A stretch of DNA of 64,000 nt from Ignavibacteria bacterium (lineage in GTDB: Bacteria; Bacteroidota; Ignavibacteria; Ignavibacteriales; SURF-24). Position 1 is the stretch's first letter; each line of letters begins with the position of its first letter. The notes beneath the pieces were generated by a model, which saw nothing but the letters and a program-made list of their open reading frames with translations, was not told where the DNA came from and ran no database searches. The stretch is taken from the NCBI GenBank assembly GCA_025612245.1, contig JAAXKQ010000005.1, forward strand, positions 70,009 to 134,008. Reading direction: 5' to 3'. Below, piece by piece: positions 17,168 to 25,094 of the stretch. The position numbers and the translations under genes are program-made.

Positions 17168-17620
17168 ATGTCGAGAATAAAATTAAATGACCTCGAAGAA
17201 AATCAGCAGCTTGATGCTGAAGCATTAAAACAGGTTACAGGCGGAAACAATATCACAAACTCAGCAAATACCGGAACCAAGACCGGAGGAAACTCAACCA
17301 ACTACGGCACACAGTCCGGCGGAACGGGTGGTTCGGGCGGCGGATCATACGGCGGATGGACCTCAGGCGGCAGCGCAGGCGGTGGAACAGGTTTTGGCGG
17401 CAGTGCTACGGGCGGAGCCGGAAGCTGGGGCTTCCTGAACTTCGGCAGCACTGGTAATAAAGGCGGCGCTGGCTATGGCGGCAATGCATCGGCTTCGACC
17501 ATTGGAGCAGTCGGTGGCGCCGGTGGCGCAGGCGGGTCAGCCGTGGGTGTAATGGGTTCAGGAAACGTTTCCGACAACGTTTCAGAATCTGTTTCCATTC
17601 CAATTACCATGTCATTATGA
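17168..17620 (+). CDS. Double-glycine-leader, glycine-rich secreted protein precursor 2
   Basis: 150 aa. AAGGAG Shine-Dalgarno sequence. Leader MSRIKLNDLEENQQLDAEALKQVTGG. The core is collinear with precursor 1 (GTKTGGNS.NYGTQSGGTGGSGG, WGFLNFG, NKGGAGYGGNASASTIGAVGGAGGAGGSAVGVM, SESVSIP). Confidence 0.85.
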   Translation: MSRIKLNDLEENQQLDAEALKQVTGGNNITNSANTGTKTGGNSTNYGTQSGGTGGSGGGSYGGWTSGGSAGGGTGFGGSATGGAGSWGFLNFGSTGNKGGAGYGGNASASTIGAVGGAGGAGGSAVGVMGSGNVSDNVSESVSIPITMSL

Positions 17621-17630
17621 TTTTCAAAAA

Positions 17631-17658
17631 GATCCCGGAATATCCGGGATCTTTTTTC
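17631..17658 (+). terminator. Rho-independent terminator after the precursor pair
   Basis: GATCCCGG(A)-loop-(T)CCGGGATC stem (17631-17651) followed by T6 (17652-17657). Begins 11 nt after the stop codon. Confidence 0.8.
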
Positions 17659-17803
17659 TTCAGCTGCATCTCAATGCTGAAAAATAAAAAATGTTCGATG
17701 ATAATTTGTGAATGAATTTTTACTGAGTTTTCGTTAACTTGTTCCCCGATTTTTGTTCCCAAGACCATTGGGAATTTAACTGTTTATCTTGCAAGGAGGA
17801 TTC

Positions 17804-19120
17804 ATGGAAAAATATTTCTTTAATGTTCGTAATTCCCGGATATACTGTTCTGACGTCCTGAACTTCATGAAATTAACCGGCCTTTATCATACAGCTCATA
17901 CCTATACGGCAATGAACTCGGTCCTGAAAGAATTTGCAAAAAAGCTTGGCGTAGCAGTTAGCGATGAGATGCTCCAGAATTATGCTGATTATAAAAGAAA
18001 GCAGCTTGGACTTCTGAAGGCAGAGCAGATGCAGAAATACCTCGATACGCTGGAAGTCTCACTTGAGGACTGGGAGACTTCGCTGGAAGATGAACTCTAC
18101 CGTATTGAGCTCAGGAATAAATTGGGAGGTTCCATTTATGTCGGTGACGCCTGGAACATACTCAAGACGATTCCGGAGATCAGAAACAGCATAAATGAAA
18201 TTATAGCAGAAAAAGCTGGCAGCTGCAAATTGGACTTAAGCGACGAAGAGCTTCAAAAGGAATCGGATGTTTTAAGACGAGCCCTTAACCTCCACAAGAA
18301 AAGTGATCTCTCGGTATACCTGAACAGCCTCAACATGAATGAAGAGGACTGGGAGAAAAACGTAACAGCGAGCGTTTTTTCGAGAAAGTTAAAAGAAAAG
18401 AATATTTCTCCTTTAACCAAAAATGAAGTAGCCAGCATATTAAACCGCTACCCCGTAATAAAGGATCTCCTGAGTAAACTTGTCTTCGGCAATATTATAA
18501 GGGCCAAAGCTTCAGAACTGAATATTTCGGTTAGCGATGAAGAGCTCAACTCCTACGCCGAAAACTTCCGCAGGGCTTTAGGTCTCCATAAAACAGAGCA
18601 TTTTAACATCTGGCTGAATGCCGCCGGATTAAATATAGAAGATTTTGAAATTATGGCTGAAACGGCCATACTGGCAAAGAAGGTAATTCAAAACTCAGAT
18701 GAACTACAGTACAAGGGCGACATTGAAAAAAGCGTAAAGTGCAGTTCATTTTTCAGCGATGCTCTCCTGGAAGTAATCTCGCAGGAGCTCATCGCCTCCG
18801 AAGCAAGGCAGAAAGGAATGAAGGTCAGTGACGCTGAACTGCAGGAACTTTCCGATGCTTTAAGGCGCGTCAACGGATATCACAAGGCTTCAGTATTCGA
18901 AAAACACCTGGAATTCTACGGCCTGCCTGCTGAATGCTGGGAAGAGTACGTTGAAAGACAATCTTTGATTAAAAAGATGAAAGAGGCCCAGACCACTGAT
19001 GAGAGGGTTCTGGAGTATCTCCATGATAATAAAGAAGCTTTAGATTCAATGAAAGCTGAAGCATTCAGGGACTACGCTTATAAGCTGTCTTCAAAGTCTC
19101 AACTTGAATGGTTCAACTAA
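17804..19120 (+). CDS. Cytoplasmic protein built from four SurA-N-terminal-like repeats
   Basis: Start moved to the ATG at 17804, which has an AAGGAGGA Shine-Dalgarno sequence upstream. 438 aa with no signal peptide. A module of about 95 aa recurs four times: x(V/L)SDxELQxxxDxxRRxLGLHKxxxFxxxLxxxGLxxEDWE, with the SD(E/A)E cores encoded near 17957, 18236, 18530 and 18824. Confidence 0.6.
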   Translation: MEKYFFNVRNSRIYCSDVLNFMKLTGLYHTAHTYTAMNSVLKEFAKKLGVAVSDEMLQNYADYKRKQLGLLKAEQMQKYLDTLEVSLEDWETSLEDELYRIELRNKLGGSIYVGDAWNILKTIPEIRNSINEIIAEKAGSCKLDLSDEELQKESDVLRRALNLHKKSDLSVYLNSLNMNEEDWEKNVTASVFSRKLKEKNISPLTKNEVASILNRYPVIKDLLSKLVFGNIIRAKASELNISVSDEELNSYAENFRRALGLHKTEHFNIWLNAAGLNIEDFEIMAETAILAKKVIQNSDELQYKGDIEKSVKCSSFFSDALLEVISQELIASEARQKGMKVSDAELQELSDALRRVNGYHKASVFEKHLEFYGLPAECWEEYVERQSLIKKMKEAQTTDERVLEYLHDNKEALDSMKAEAFRDYAYKLSSKSQLEWFN

Positions 19121-19159
19121 TCAGTTTCATTTTTTCAATAATTTAACCGGATAACTTAC

Positions 19160-19918
19160 ATGGACGAAGTAGTTTTATTAAATGTCAATGATAACCCTGT
19201 TACAAATTCCCAGATCATGATCAGGCTGAAAGCGAAAGGCGAATATAAAAAAGCCTTATCAGAACAGATGATGAATGTTGCATTGAAGGACTATGCCCAG
19301 AAAAACGGCATATCGGTTTCAGATTCAGAACTGCAGGAATATGCCGATAAAAAAAGAAAGGAACTGGGTCTTTTCTCGGTGACCGCTACGGAAAAATATT
19401 TTTCCAACCTGGGAATTAACATAGACCAGTGGAGTGACGGGCTAGAAGAAGAGCTCTTAAAAGAAAAGGTCAAAAAAACAGTTGCTACAGAAGAAAAAGT
19501 AAAAGAGTATTTTGAAGCCAACAGGCTGCGCTTTATTTGTGTGCCGCTGCACAGAATAGTAGTAAAAGAAAAATCCATGGCAGAAGAAATCAGGATGCAG
19601 ATAGAAGACGAGGACGAGGACTTTTCCGCACTGGCCAAAAAGTACTCTATCGACAGCTCTACAGCCCCAACGGGCGGCTATATGGGGGTAATCAGGCGGG
19701 GTGCTCTTCCGGTTGAAGTTGAAGCAAAAGTATTCAGCGCAGCCGAAAATGAACTCTGCGGCGTTTTTGAAGATGCTGATGGATATTCCCTGTACAAGCC
19801 CGGGAAAGTCGTATATCCCGAACTTGACGAGGCCATGAAGGAGAATATAATAAAAGGATTGTTTGACCTATGGACAAATAACCTTCTTAATTCGGCAACC
19901 ATAAAATTCCCTAACTAA
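19160..19918 (+). CDS. Parvulin-type peptidyl-prolyl isomerase with one SurA-N-like module, no signal peptide
   Basis: 252 aa. The N-terminal half is homologous to the repeats of the upstream gene (NGISVSDSELQEYADKKRKELGLFSVTATEKYFSNLGINIDQWSD). The C-terminal rotamase-like segment is HRIVVKEKSMAEEI...FSALAKKYSIDSSTAPTGGYMGVIRRGALPVEVEAKVFS. Confidence 0.7.
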   Translation: MDEVVLLNVNDNPVTNSQIMIRLKAKGEYKKALSEQMMNVALKDYAQKNGISVSDSELQEYADKKRKELGLFSVTATEKYFSNLGINIDQWSDGLEEELLKEKVKKTVATEEKVKEYFEANRLRFICVPLHRIVVKEKSMAEEIRMQIEDEDEDFSALAKKYSIDSSTAPTGGYMGVIRRGALPVEVEAKVFSAAENELCGVFEDADGYSLYKPGKVVYPELDEAMKENIIKGLFDLWTNNLLNSATIKFPN

Positions 19919-19943
19919 CAAAATTTAGTGTGTAACTTTTGAT

Positions 19944-19981
19944 CCGGGGGACAGGGCTGTTTTTTAGTTTTGTCTCCCCGG
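19944..19981 (+). terminator. Possible terminator hairpin after the parvulin gene
   Basis: Imperfect inverted repeat CCGGGGGACA (19944-19953) / TGTCTCCCCGG (19971-19981) with a T-rich loop. No clean downstream U-tract. Confidence 0.3.
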
Positions 19982-20240
19982 TGACCTGTATAAGGCATTA
20001 CAGGAATCCATCTTTATTCTCCATGAAAAACCCTCTTTAAGCCGGTGCCCAAAATCAAAAGCGGTTATTTCTAAGAAAAACCGGTCGTATGGCGCCTCTT
20101 GAAACCTCTCAAAGCCTTTGTCCAGAGAGGCAAGAAGAGATCATTTTCTCCCGCAGCGGCCTTTTTTGCGCTAATTTATGCGGAAATTACTATATTTACG
20201 CAGAACACCACAGTTTCTCAAATCAACGAGGGCGCACAAA

Positions 20241-21959
20241 ATGAAAAAAATCTTCCTTACTGTCTTAATATTCCTCTTGGGAGTACCTTTATTTGCCCAG
20301 GATGCGGCAAAGAAAATTGACGATCTGGTTTCCACTTACAATGAATATGGCTATTTCGACGGGAGTCTTCTTGTCTCGGATAAGGGGAGCGTTGTCCTTA
20401 AGAAAGGATACGGAATGGCAAATATAGAGTGGAATATCCCTAATACGCCGGATACAAAATTCCGTCTAGGATCCATTACAAAGCAGTTCACTTCCATGCT
20501 GATAATGCAGCTGGTTGAAAAAGGGAAGATCAACCTTGATGGCAAAATTACGGACTACCTTCCCTATTACAGGAAAGATACCGGGGACAGAATAACCATA
20601 CACATGCTTCTTACACATACCTCCGGCATACCAAGTTACACCAGCCAGCCGGATTTCGGAAAGACGAGCAGGATGTATTACAAGCCTGACGACTTCATAA
20701 AGGAAAAATGCTCAGGTGACCTGGAATTTGAACCGGGTTCAAAAATTGAATACGACAATTCCGGCTATTTTATTCTTGGCGCCATAATTGAACACGTGAC
20801 GGGTATGAGCTATGAGGAAGCACTCAAGGAAAATATTCTCGGTCCGCTTGGAATGAAGAACACGGGTTACGACCATCCTGAAAGAATCATTCCCAAAAGG
20901 GCCTCAGGATACGACAGGAGAGCCGGAAATTTTAAGAACACAGAGTTCATAGATATGTCGCTTCCTTATGCTGCCGGGGCGCTTTATTCGACGGTGGAAG
21001 ACCTCCTCGTATGGGATAAGGCGCTTCAGACAGATAAGCTGCTTTCTCCGGAGCTGAAGAAAAAGATGTTTCATGGATACATGAAAATGGGGGATATGTA
21101 TTACGGCTACGGCTGGATGATAGGTAAAAAAATCCATGGCAGGGACTCTCTCGGAGTTATTGTGCACGGTGGCGGAATAAACGGATTTAACACGCTTAAC
21201 CTGATGATACCGGAGGCCGGGCAGTACGTGATTCTTTTCAGCAATGCAGGAGGTGCACCCCTGGAAAAAATGGCTGACCAGATCATAGACATACTTGAAG
21301 GCAAAAAGGTATTTGAACCCAGGAAGTCACTTGTTTTAACAATGCGCAGGACACTTGACAATGAAGGAATAGAAAGCGCCATCGCGAAATTCAAAGAGCT
21401 CAAGGATAAAAAGGACGAATATGCATTTGACGAAGGTGAACTTAACCTCCTGGGCTATGACCTGCTGCAAGAGGGAAAAACAGAATACGCCCTGGAAATA
21501 TTCAAACTGAATACACAGGAGTTCCCAAAATCGGCAAATGCGTACGATAGCTATGGCGAAGCCCTGCTTAAAAAGGGACTTAAAGAGGATGCAGAGAAGA
21601 ACTACAGAAAATCTCTTGAACTAAACCCGGGAAATGAAAATGCAATTAAGGTGCTTAAGGAGATGGGGGCTGCTGACATTAAGACTTCAGAGGTCTCTTT
21701 GACTGAGGAGGAACTTAAGGCTTATGCGGGCACTTATCAGCTTGCCCCGACATTCAGTATTACGGTTACAGTTGAAGGCAACAGAATTTTCGGGCAGGGT
21801 TCAGGTCAGCCCAGGTTTGAACTTTTCGCGGCCTCACCCGACAAGTTTTATCTTAAAGTGGTAAATGCACAGATAAGTTTCCAGAGAAAAGATGGGAAGG
21901 TTACAGGCATGGTACTATTCCAGAACAGGCATGAGCTACCGGGTAAAAAGATTGAGTGA
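20241..21959 (+). CDS. Beta-lactamase-family serine hydrolase (class C/PBP-like) with C-terminal TPR-like region
   Basis: Start moved to the ATG at 20241, giving the signal peptide MKKIFLTVLIFLLGVPLFAQ. SxxK motif in GSITKQFTS and YSNSGY-like YDNSGYFIL. The C-terminal part has TPR-like helices (NAYDSYGEALLKKGLKEDAEKNYRKSLELNPGN). Confidence 0.75.
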   Translation: MKKIFLTVLIFLLGVPLFAQDAAKKIDDLVSTYNEYGYFDGSLLVSDKGSVVLKKGYGMANIEWNIPNTPDTKFRLGSITKQFTSMLIMQLVEKGKINLDGKITDYLPYYRKDTGDRITIHMLLTHTSGIPSYTSQPDFGKTSRMYYKPDDFIKEKCSGDLEFEPGSKIEYDNSGYFILGAIIEHVTGMSYEEALKENILGPLGMKNTGYDHPERIIPKRASGYDRRAGNFKNTEFIDMSLPYAAGALYSTVEDLLVWDKALQTDKLLSPELKKKMFHGYMKMGDMYYGYGWMIGKKIHGRDSLGVIVHGGGINGFNTLNLMIPEAGQYVILFSNAGGAPLEKMADQIIDILEGKKVFEPRKSLVLTMRRTLDNEGIESAIAKFKELKDKKDEYAFDEGELNLLGYDLLQEGKTEYALEIFKLNTQEFPKSANAYDSYGEALLKKGLKEDAEKNYRKSLELNPGNENAIKVLKEMGAADIKTSEVSLTEEELKAYAGTYQLAPTFSITVTVEGNRIFGQGSGQPRFELFAASPDKFYLKVVNAQISFQRKDGKVTGMVLFQNRHELPGKKIE

Positions 21960-21975
21960 CGTTTTATTTTACATG

Positions 21976-22004
21976 GAGTCAGTTTTCCAAAAGAAAACTG
22001 ACTC
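21976..22004. terminator. Shared hairpin between convergent genes
   Basis: 12-bp perfect stem GAGTCAGTTTTC (21976-21987) / GAAAACTGACTC (21993-22004) with a 5-nt loop. U-tracts are weak on both strands. Confidence 0.5.
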
Positions 22005-22010
22005 ACATAA

Positions 22011-22790
22011 TTATTTAACAGATATAACGTAAAAGCATGTTGTTACCAGAAAGTCTCTCAGAAATGGAATCTTTGAGATCAGGTCCAGCTGTTTTCTCGG
22101 CTTCAGATTAAACTTCACTTCATAGTTCGGGTTAATAAAGTAAAACAGTTTTTTATCTATCTTGTAGTTCAGCCCTTTAATTATACTTTCAAACCTTTCG
22201 ATCGTAATCCTGGTTTCCTTTATCTCCAGGAGGTGGTCAATCATTCCCTCGTTCTCATGGAACATCCTTAAAAGTCCTATATAAAGAGGATTCGGCAGAA
22301 GATGAATAAAAGGAGCCAGGGACATGAATTTGTTTCTGCACATCTGCTGGTGGCCCCCGAAAGGCATCTGCCACGGTGGGAATGCAAGGAACACTTTTCC
22401 CCCGGGATTTAAGAGGCTCTGAATCTTCTCAAGAATTTTTTCATGCCCGTGGATATGCTCGAGGGCGTCTTTTAGTATGATCAGGTCAAACTTTTCGCTG
22501 CAGAAGTTATAAATGTCATCGCAAATAAAACGGGCTTTGCTTTCTGCAATCTCTTTGGCAAATATTCTTTTTCCCGTTTCAATTTTCGCCTCAACCAGGT
22601 CAACGCCCGTTATGCGGCATCCCTTTTCGCTGAATACCTTTAAGACTCCGCCTTCACCGCTCCCGATCTCAAGGACGCTTTTGCCCTCAAGGTTTATTAT
22701 GCCGTTCAAAAAGGGGAAAATGTATTTCTTTGCATTTGTATATTGCTGTTCGAAGTAAACCTCAGGATTCGTATGGAATTCGAACGCCAT
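22011..22790 (-). CDS. Class I SAM-dependent methyltransferase
   Basis: 259 aa. Motif I VLEIGSGEGGVL, then ITGVDL, then DLIILKDALEH. Confidence 0.75.
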   Translation of the reverse strand: MAFEFHTNPEVYFEQQYTNAKKYIFPFLNGIINLEGKSVLEIGSGEGGVLKVFSEKGCRITGVDLVEAKIETGKRIFAKEIAESKARFICDDIYNFCSEKFDLIILKDALEHIHGHEKILEKIQSLLNPGGKVFLAFPPWQMPFGGHQQMCRNKFMSLAPFIHLLPNPLYIGLLRMFHENEGMIDHLLEIKETRITIERFESIIKGLNYKIDKKLFYFINPNYEVKFNLKPRKQLDLISKIPFLRDFLVTTCFYVISVK

Positions 22791-22976
22791 TGTCAGAAGC
22801 TCCTGTTTCTCAATTTTTTATTATTTATTCAACTCGCATTTGCAACGCAGCAAGTCATTATAATTTATAAAAATAGGTAAAATCCGCGTAAATCCAAAGG
22901 GTTCATTTTTTATCTTTTTTCGTTATTATTACGGGTACATTTTTGAAATTTCTGAAAAACAATTCTATGGTGGAAT

Positions 22977-23780
22977 ATGAAAAAATTTGCTTCTATTTTT
23001 TTGCTTGTAATCATCTTTTCAAGTGCATCATTATTTGCCCAGGACATAAAAAGCTTAAGGGTTATGACATACAATATCCATCACGGGCAGGGAACCGACG
23101 GCAAAATTGACATAGAAAGGATAGGCAATTTGGTTAAAGATAACAAGGCCGGGCTGGTTGCCCTGCAGGAAGTTGACCGGGGCGTGTTGCGCTCGAATAA
23201 AATCGACATAATGCAGTTGCTTAAAAGCCAGACCGGCATGTATACGGCCTTCGGAAAGAACCTGGATTTTCAGGGCGGGGAGTATGGAAACGGGATTCTC
23301 TCCAAATTTCCGGTAGATACGATAAGCAACTATCATTATAAAATGCTGCGTGAAGGTGAACAAAGAGGGCTTCTTCAGACAATTGTTGAAGTAAACGGTG
23401 AAAAAATGGTTTTTCTTGCCACGCATACGGGAGACAAAAATACAGAGGCTGAAAAGCTGGTAAATGCAGAGGAAATGAAAACTATACTGAAAAGCTACCG
23501 GGGAATGCCTGTTATCTTATGCGGGGATTTTAACGACAGGCCTGAGAAAAGCACAATGCACGACAGTCTTACGACTTATTTTGTGGACGTCTGGCAGTAT
23601 CTCCATAAGGACGAAGGCTATTCTTTCCCCTCGGATAAGCCGGATAGAAGGATTGACTATATTTACCTTTCAAAGGATGCATTAAAGAAACTCAAGCCGG
23701 TATCAATAACGGTGCTGAAGTCCGAAGCTTCAGATCATCTGCCTTTAATTGCTGAGTTTGAGCTGTTGGACAATAAATAA
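22977..23780 (+). CDS. Secreted endonuclease/exonuclease/phosphatase (EEP) family protein
   Basis: 267 aa. Signal peptide. EEP motifs MTYNIHHG, ALQEVD, CGDFND and SDHLPL. Confidence 0.8.
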   Translation: MKKFASIFLLVIIFSSASLFAQDIKSLRVMTYNIHHGQGTDGKIDIERIGNLVKDNKAGLVALQEVDRGVLRSNKIDIMQLLKSQTGMYTAFGKNLDFQGGEYGNGILSKFPVDTISNYHYKMLREGEQRGLLQTIVEVNGEKMVFLATHTGDKNTEAEKLVNAEEMKTILKSYRGMPVILCGDFNDRPEKSTMHDSLTTYFVDVWQYLHKDEGYSFPSDKPDRRIDYIYLSKDALKKLKPVSITVLKSEASDHLPLIAEFELLDNK

Positions 23781-23839
23781 TGCTGCACAAAAGCACTGGC
23801 AGTATTTCCATGGATTAAGATAAAAGAGAAGGTAACCGG

Positions 23840-24988
23840 ATGAATAAAAGGGAATTCTTAAAAATACTTGGTTTGGGCAGTATCGGTATTCTTGGCGGCA
23901 ACGCCCTGTCTATATTTGCAAAATCACCTTTAACGGGCAGGGCGGAAAAAAGGAAAATGAAAAACTGGGCATGGATAATGACCGACACGAAAAAATCTAC
24001 GGACGAATGGAAGAGGATTTTTGCTCAGATGCGCGGGTCGGGAATAGATGCCATTTTGCCCGAGATCTACGACAGCAGCTATGCATACTATAAAAGCCGT
24101 CACTTGCCGGTCAAGGAAGCCTGGCTTGAAAAGCTTCTGCCCGTTGCAAAGTCTGAAGGGCTGGAGGTTCATGCGTGGATGAGAACGATGATGTGTAACA
24201 TCAGTGAAATAAGGCAAAAGCATCCCGACTGGTTTGCCATCAACAGGAAGGGTGAGTCTGCGGCCTTTAAGCCGGCTTATGTTCCCTACTATAGGTTTAT
24301 GTGCCCTTCCCATCCGGAAGTGCAGGAATTTGTCAGGGAAAACGTGGAAGAGCTTTCTCAGTTTGAACATCTTGACGGGGTTCACCTGGACTATACGCGT
24401 TTTCCTGATGTGATACTGGCCGAAAAGCTACAGCCAAAGTACAACATAAAGCAGGATAAAGAATATCCGGAGTATGATTACTGCTACTGCGAGTTATGCC
24501 AGAGTAATTTCAAGAAGCAGACGGGCATTGACATAATGAAGCTGGAAGATCCTGCATCAAGCCCGGAATGGAGACAGTTCCGTTACGACAGAATAACAAA
24601 CCTGGTCAACAGCAAGCTGGTTAGGGCAGCGCATAAGCATAAAAGGTCGATAACAGCGGCCGTTTTCCCGAACTGGGAGGCGGTACGCCAGGAGTGGCAT
24701 AAATGGGAGCTTGACGCGTTTCTTCCGATGCTTTATCACGGCTATTACGGAAAAGGCATCGAATGGATAGGGGAAAAGACGGCTGAAGAAATTAAAAGGC
24801 TAAAAAGCCGTGTGCCTTTGTATAGCGGAGTTTTTATTCCCCAGCTTAATCCCGAAGAGCTGGCAAGAGCTGTTGAGGTCTCGGTTTCCGGTGGCGCCTC
24901 AGGAGTTTCGCTTTTCCTTTCAAATTCAATGACAGATGAACACTGGAAGAGTTTCAGTCAAGCCGTTGAAAAAGCTAAAAGCCTTTAA
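23840..24988 (+). CDS. Glycoside-hydrolase-like family 10 (GHL10/DUF187-type) protein with Tat-like signal
   Basis: 382 aa. N-terminus MNKREFLKILGLGSIGILGG (KR variant of the twin-arginine motif). Also GLEVHAWM, HPDWF, CPSHPEVQEFV and LDGVHLDYTRFP. Confidence 0.6.
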   Translation: MNKREFLKILGLGSIGILGGNALSIFAKSPLTGRAEKRKMKNWAWIMTDTKKSTDEWKRIFAQMRGSGIDAILPEIYDSSYAYYKSRHLPVKEAWLEKLLPVAKSEGLEVHAWMRTMMCNISEIRQKHPDWFAINRKGESAAFKPAYVPYYRFMCPSHPEVQEFVRENVEELSQFEHLDGVHLDYTRFPDVILAEKLQPKYNIKQDKEYPEYDYCYCELCQSNFKKQTGIDIMKLEDPASSPEWRQFRYDRITNLVNSKLVRAAHKHKRSITAAVFPNWEAVRQEWHKWELDAFLPMLYHGYYGKGIEWIGEKTAEEIKRLKSRVPLYSGVFIPQLNPEELARAVEVSVSGGASGVSLFLSNSMTDEHWKSFSQAVEKAKSL

Positions 24989-24995
24989 CTTTGTG

Positions 24996-25030
24996 GCTGC
25001 CATGAGTTTTTTACATGGCAGCCTTTAATA
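24996..25030 (+). terminator. Rho-independent terminator
   Basis: 10-bp stem GGCTGCCATG (24996-25005) / CATGGCAGCC (25015-25024), then TTTAATAA. Confidence 0.55.
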
Positions 25031-25094
25031 AGAACATGGTAGAATCATTTGGCCTCACAGAGGTGCTATGTGAATTGCATGACGGGGATAATTC

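Larger units (their letters stand above)
16711..17620 (+). repeat. Tandem gene duplication (two precursor paralogues, offset about 460 nt)
   Basis: The two ORFs are collinear. A 95-nt block (16993-17087 vs 17456-17550) differs at a single position, while the leaders and tails differ at many synonymous sites. Confidence 0.9.

Noticed and set aside
17010-17603. Antisense ORFs (17010-17225 and 17406-17603, minus strand) inside the precursor genes.
   Set aside because: They are shadows of GGC/GCC-rich Gly/Ala codons on the opposite strand. They have no Shine-Dalgarno sequence and give Pro/Ala/Arg-rich nonsense translations.
16711-17620. Possibility that the repetitive GGC-rich segment is a CRISPR array or non-coding tandem repeat.
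   Set aside because: There is no repeat-spacer periodicity. Both units are intact ORFs with Shine-Dalgarno sequences, conserved leaders and conserved tails, so this is a coding duplication.
20178-20240. Upstream extensions of several ORF-track entries: 20178 (vs 20241), 28124 (vs 28172), 17789 (vs 17804), 41811 (vs 41787), 43151 (vs 43139), 49763 (vs 49751).
   Set aside because: The internal ATGs give canonical signal peptides and/or are preceded by Shine-Dalgarno sequences. The extensions are short, basic or hydrophilic, and lack ribosome-binding sites.
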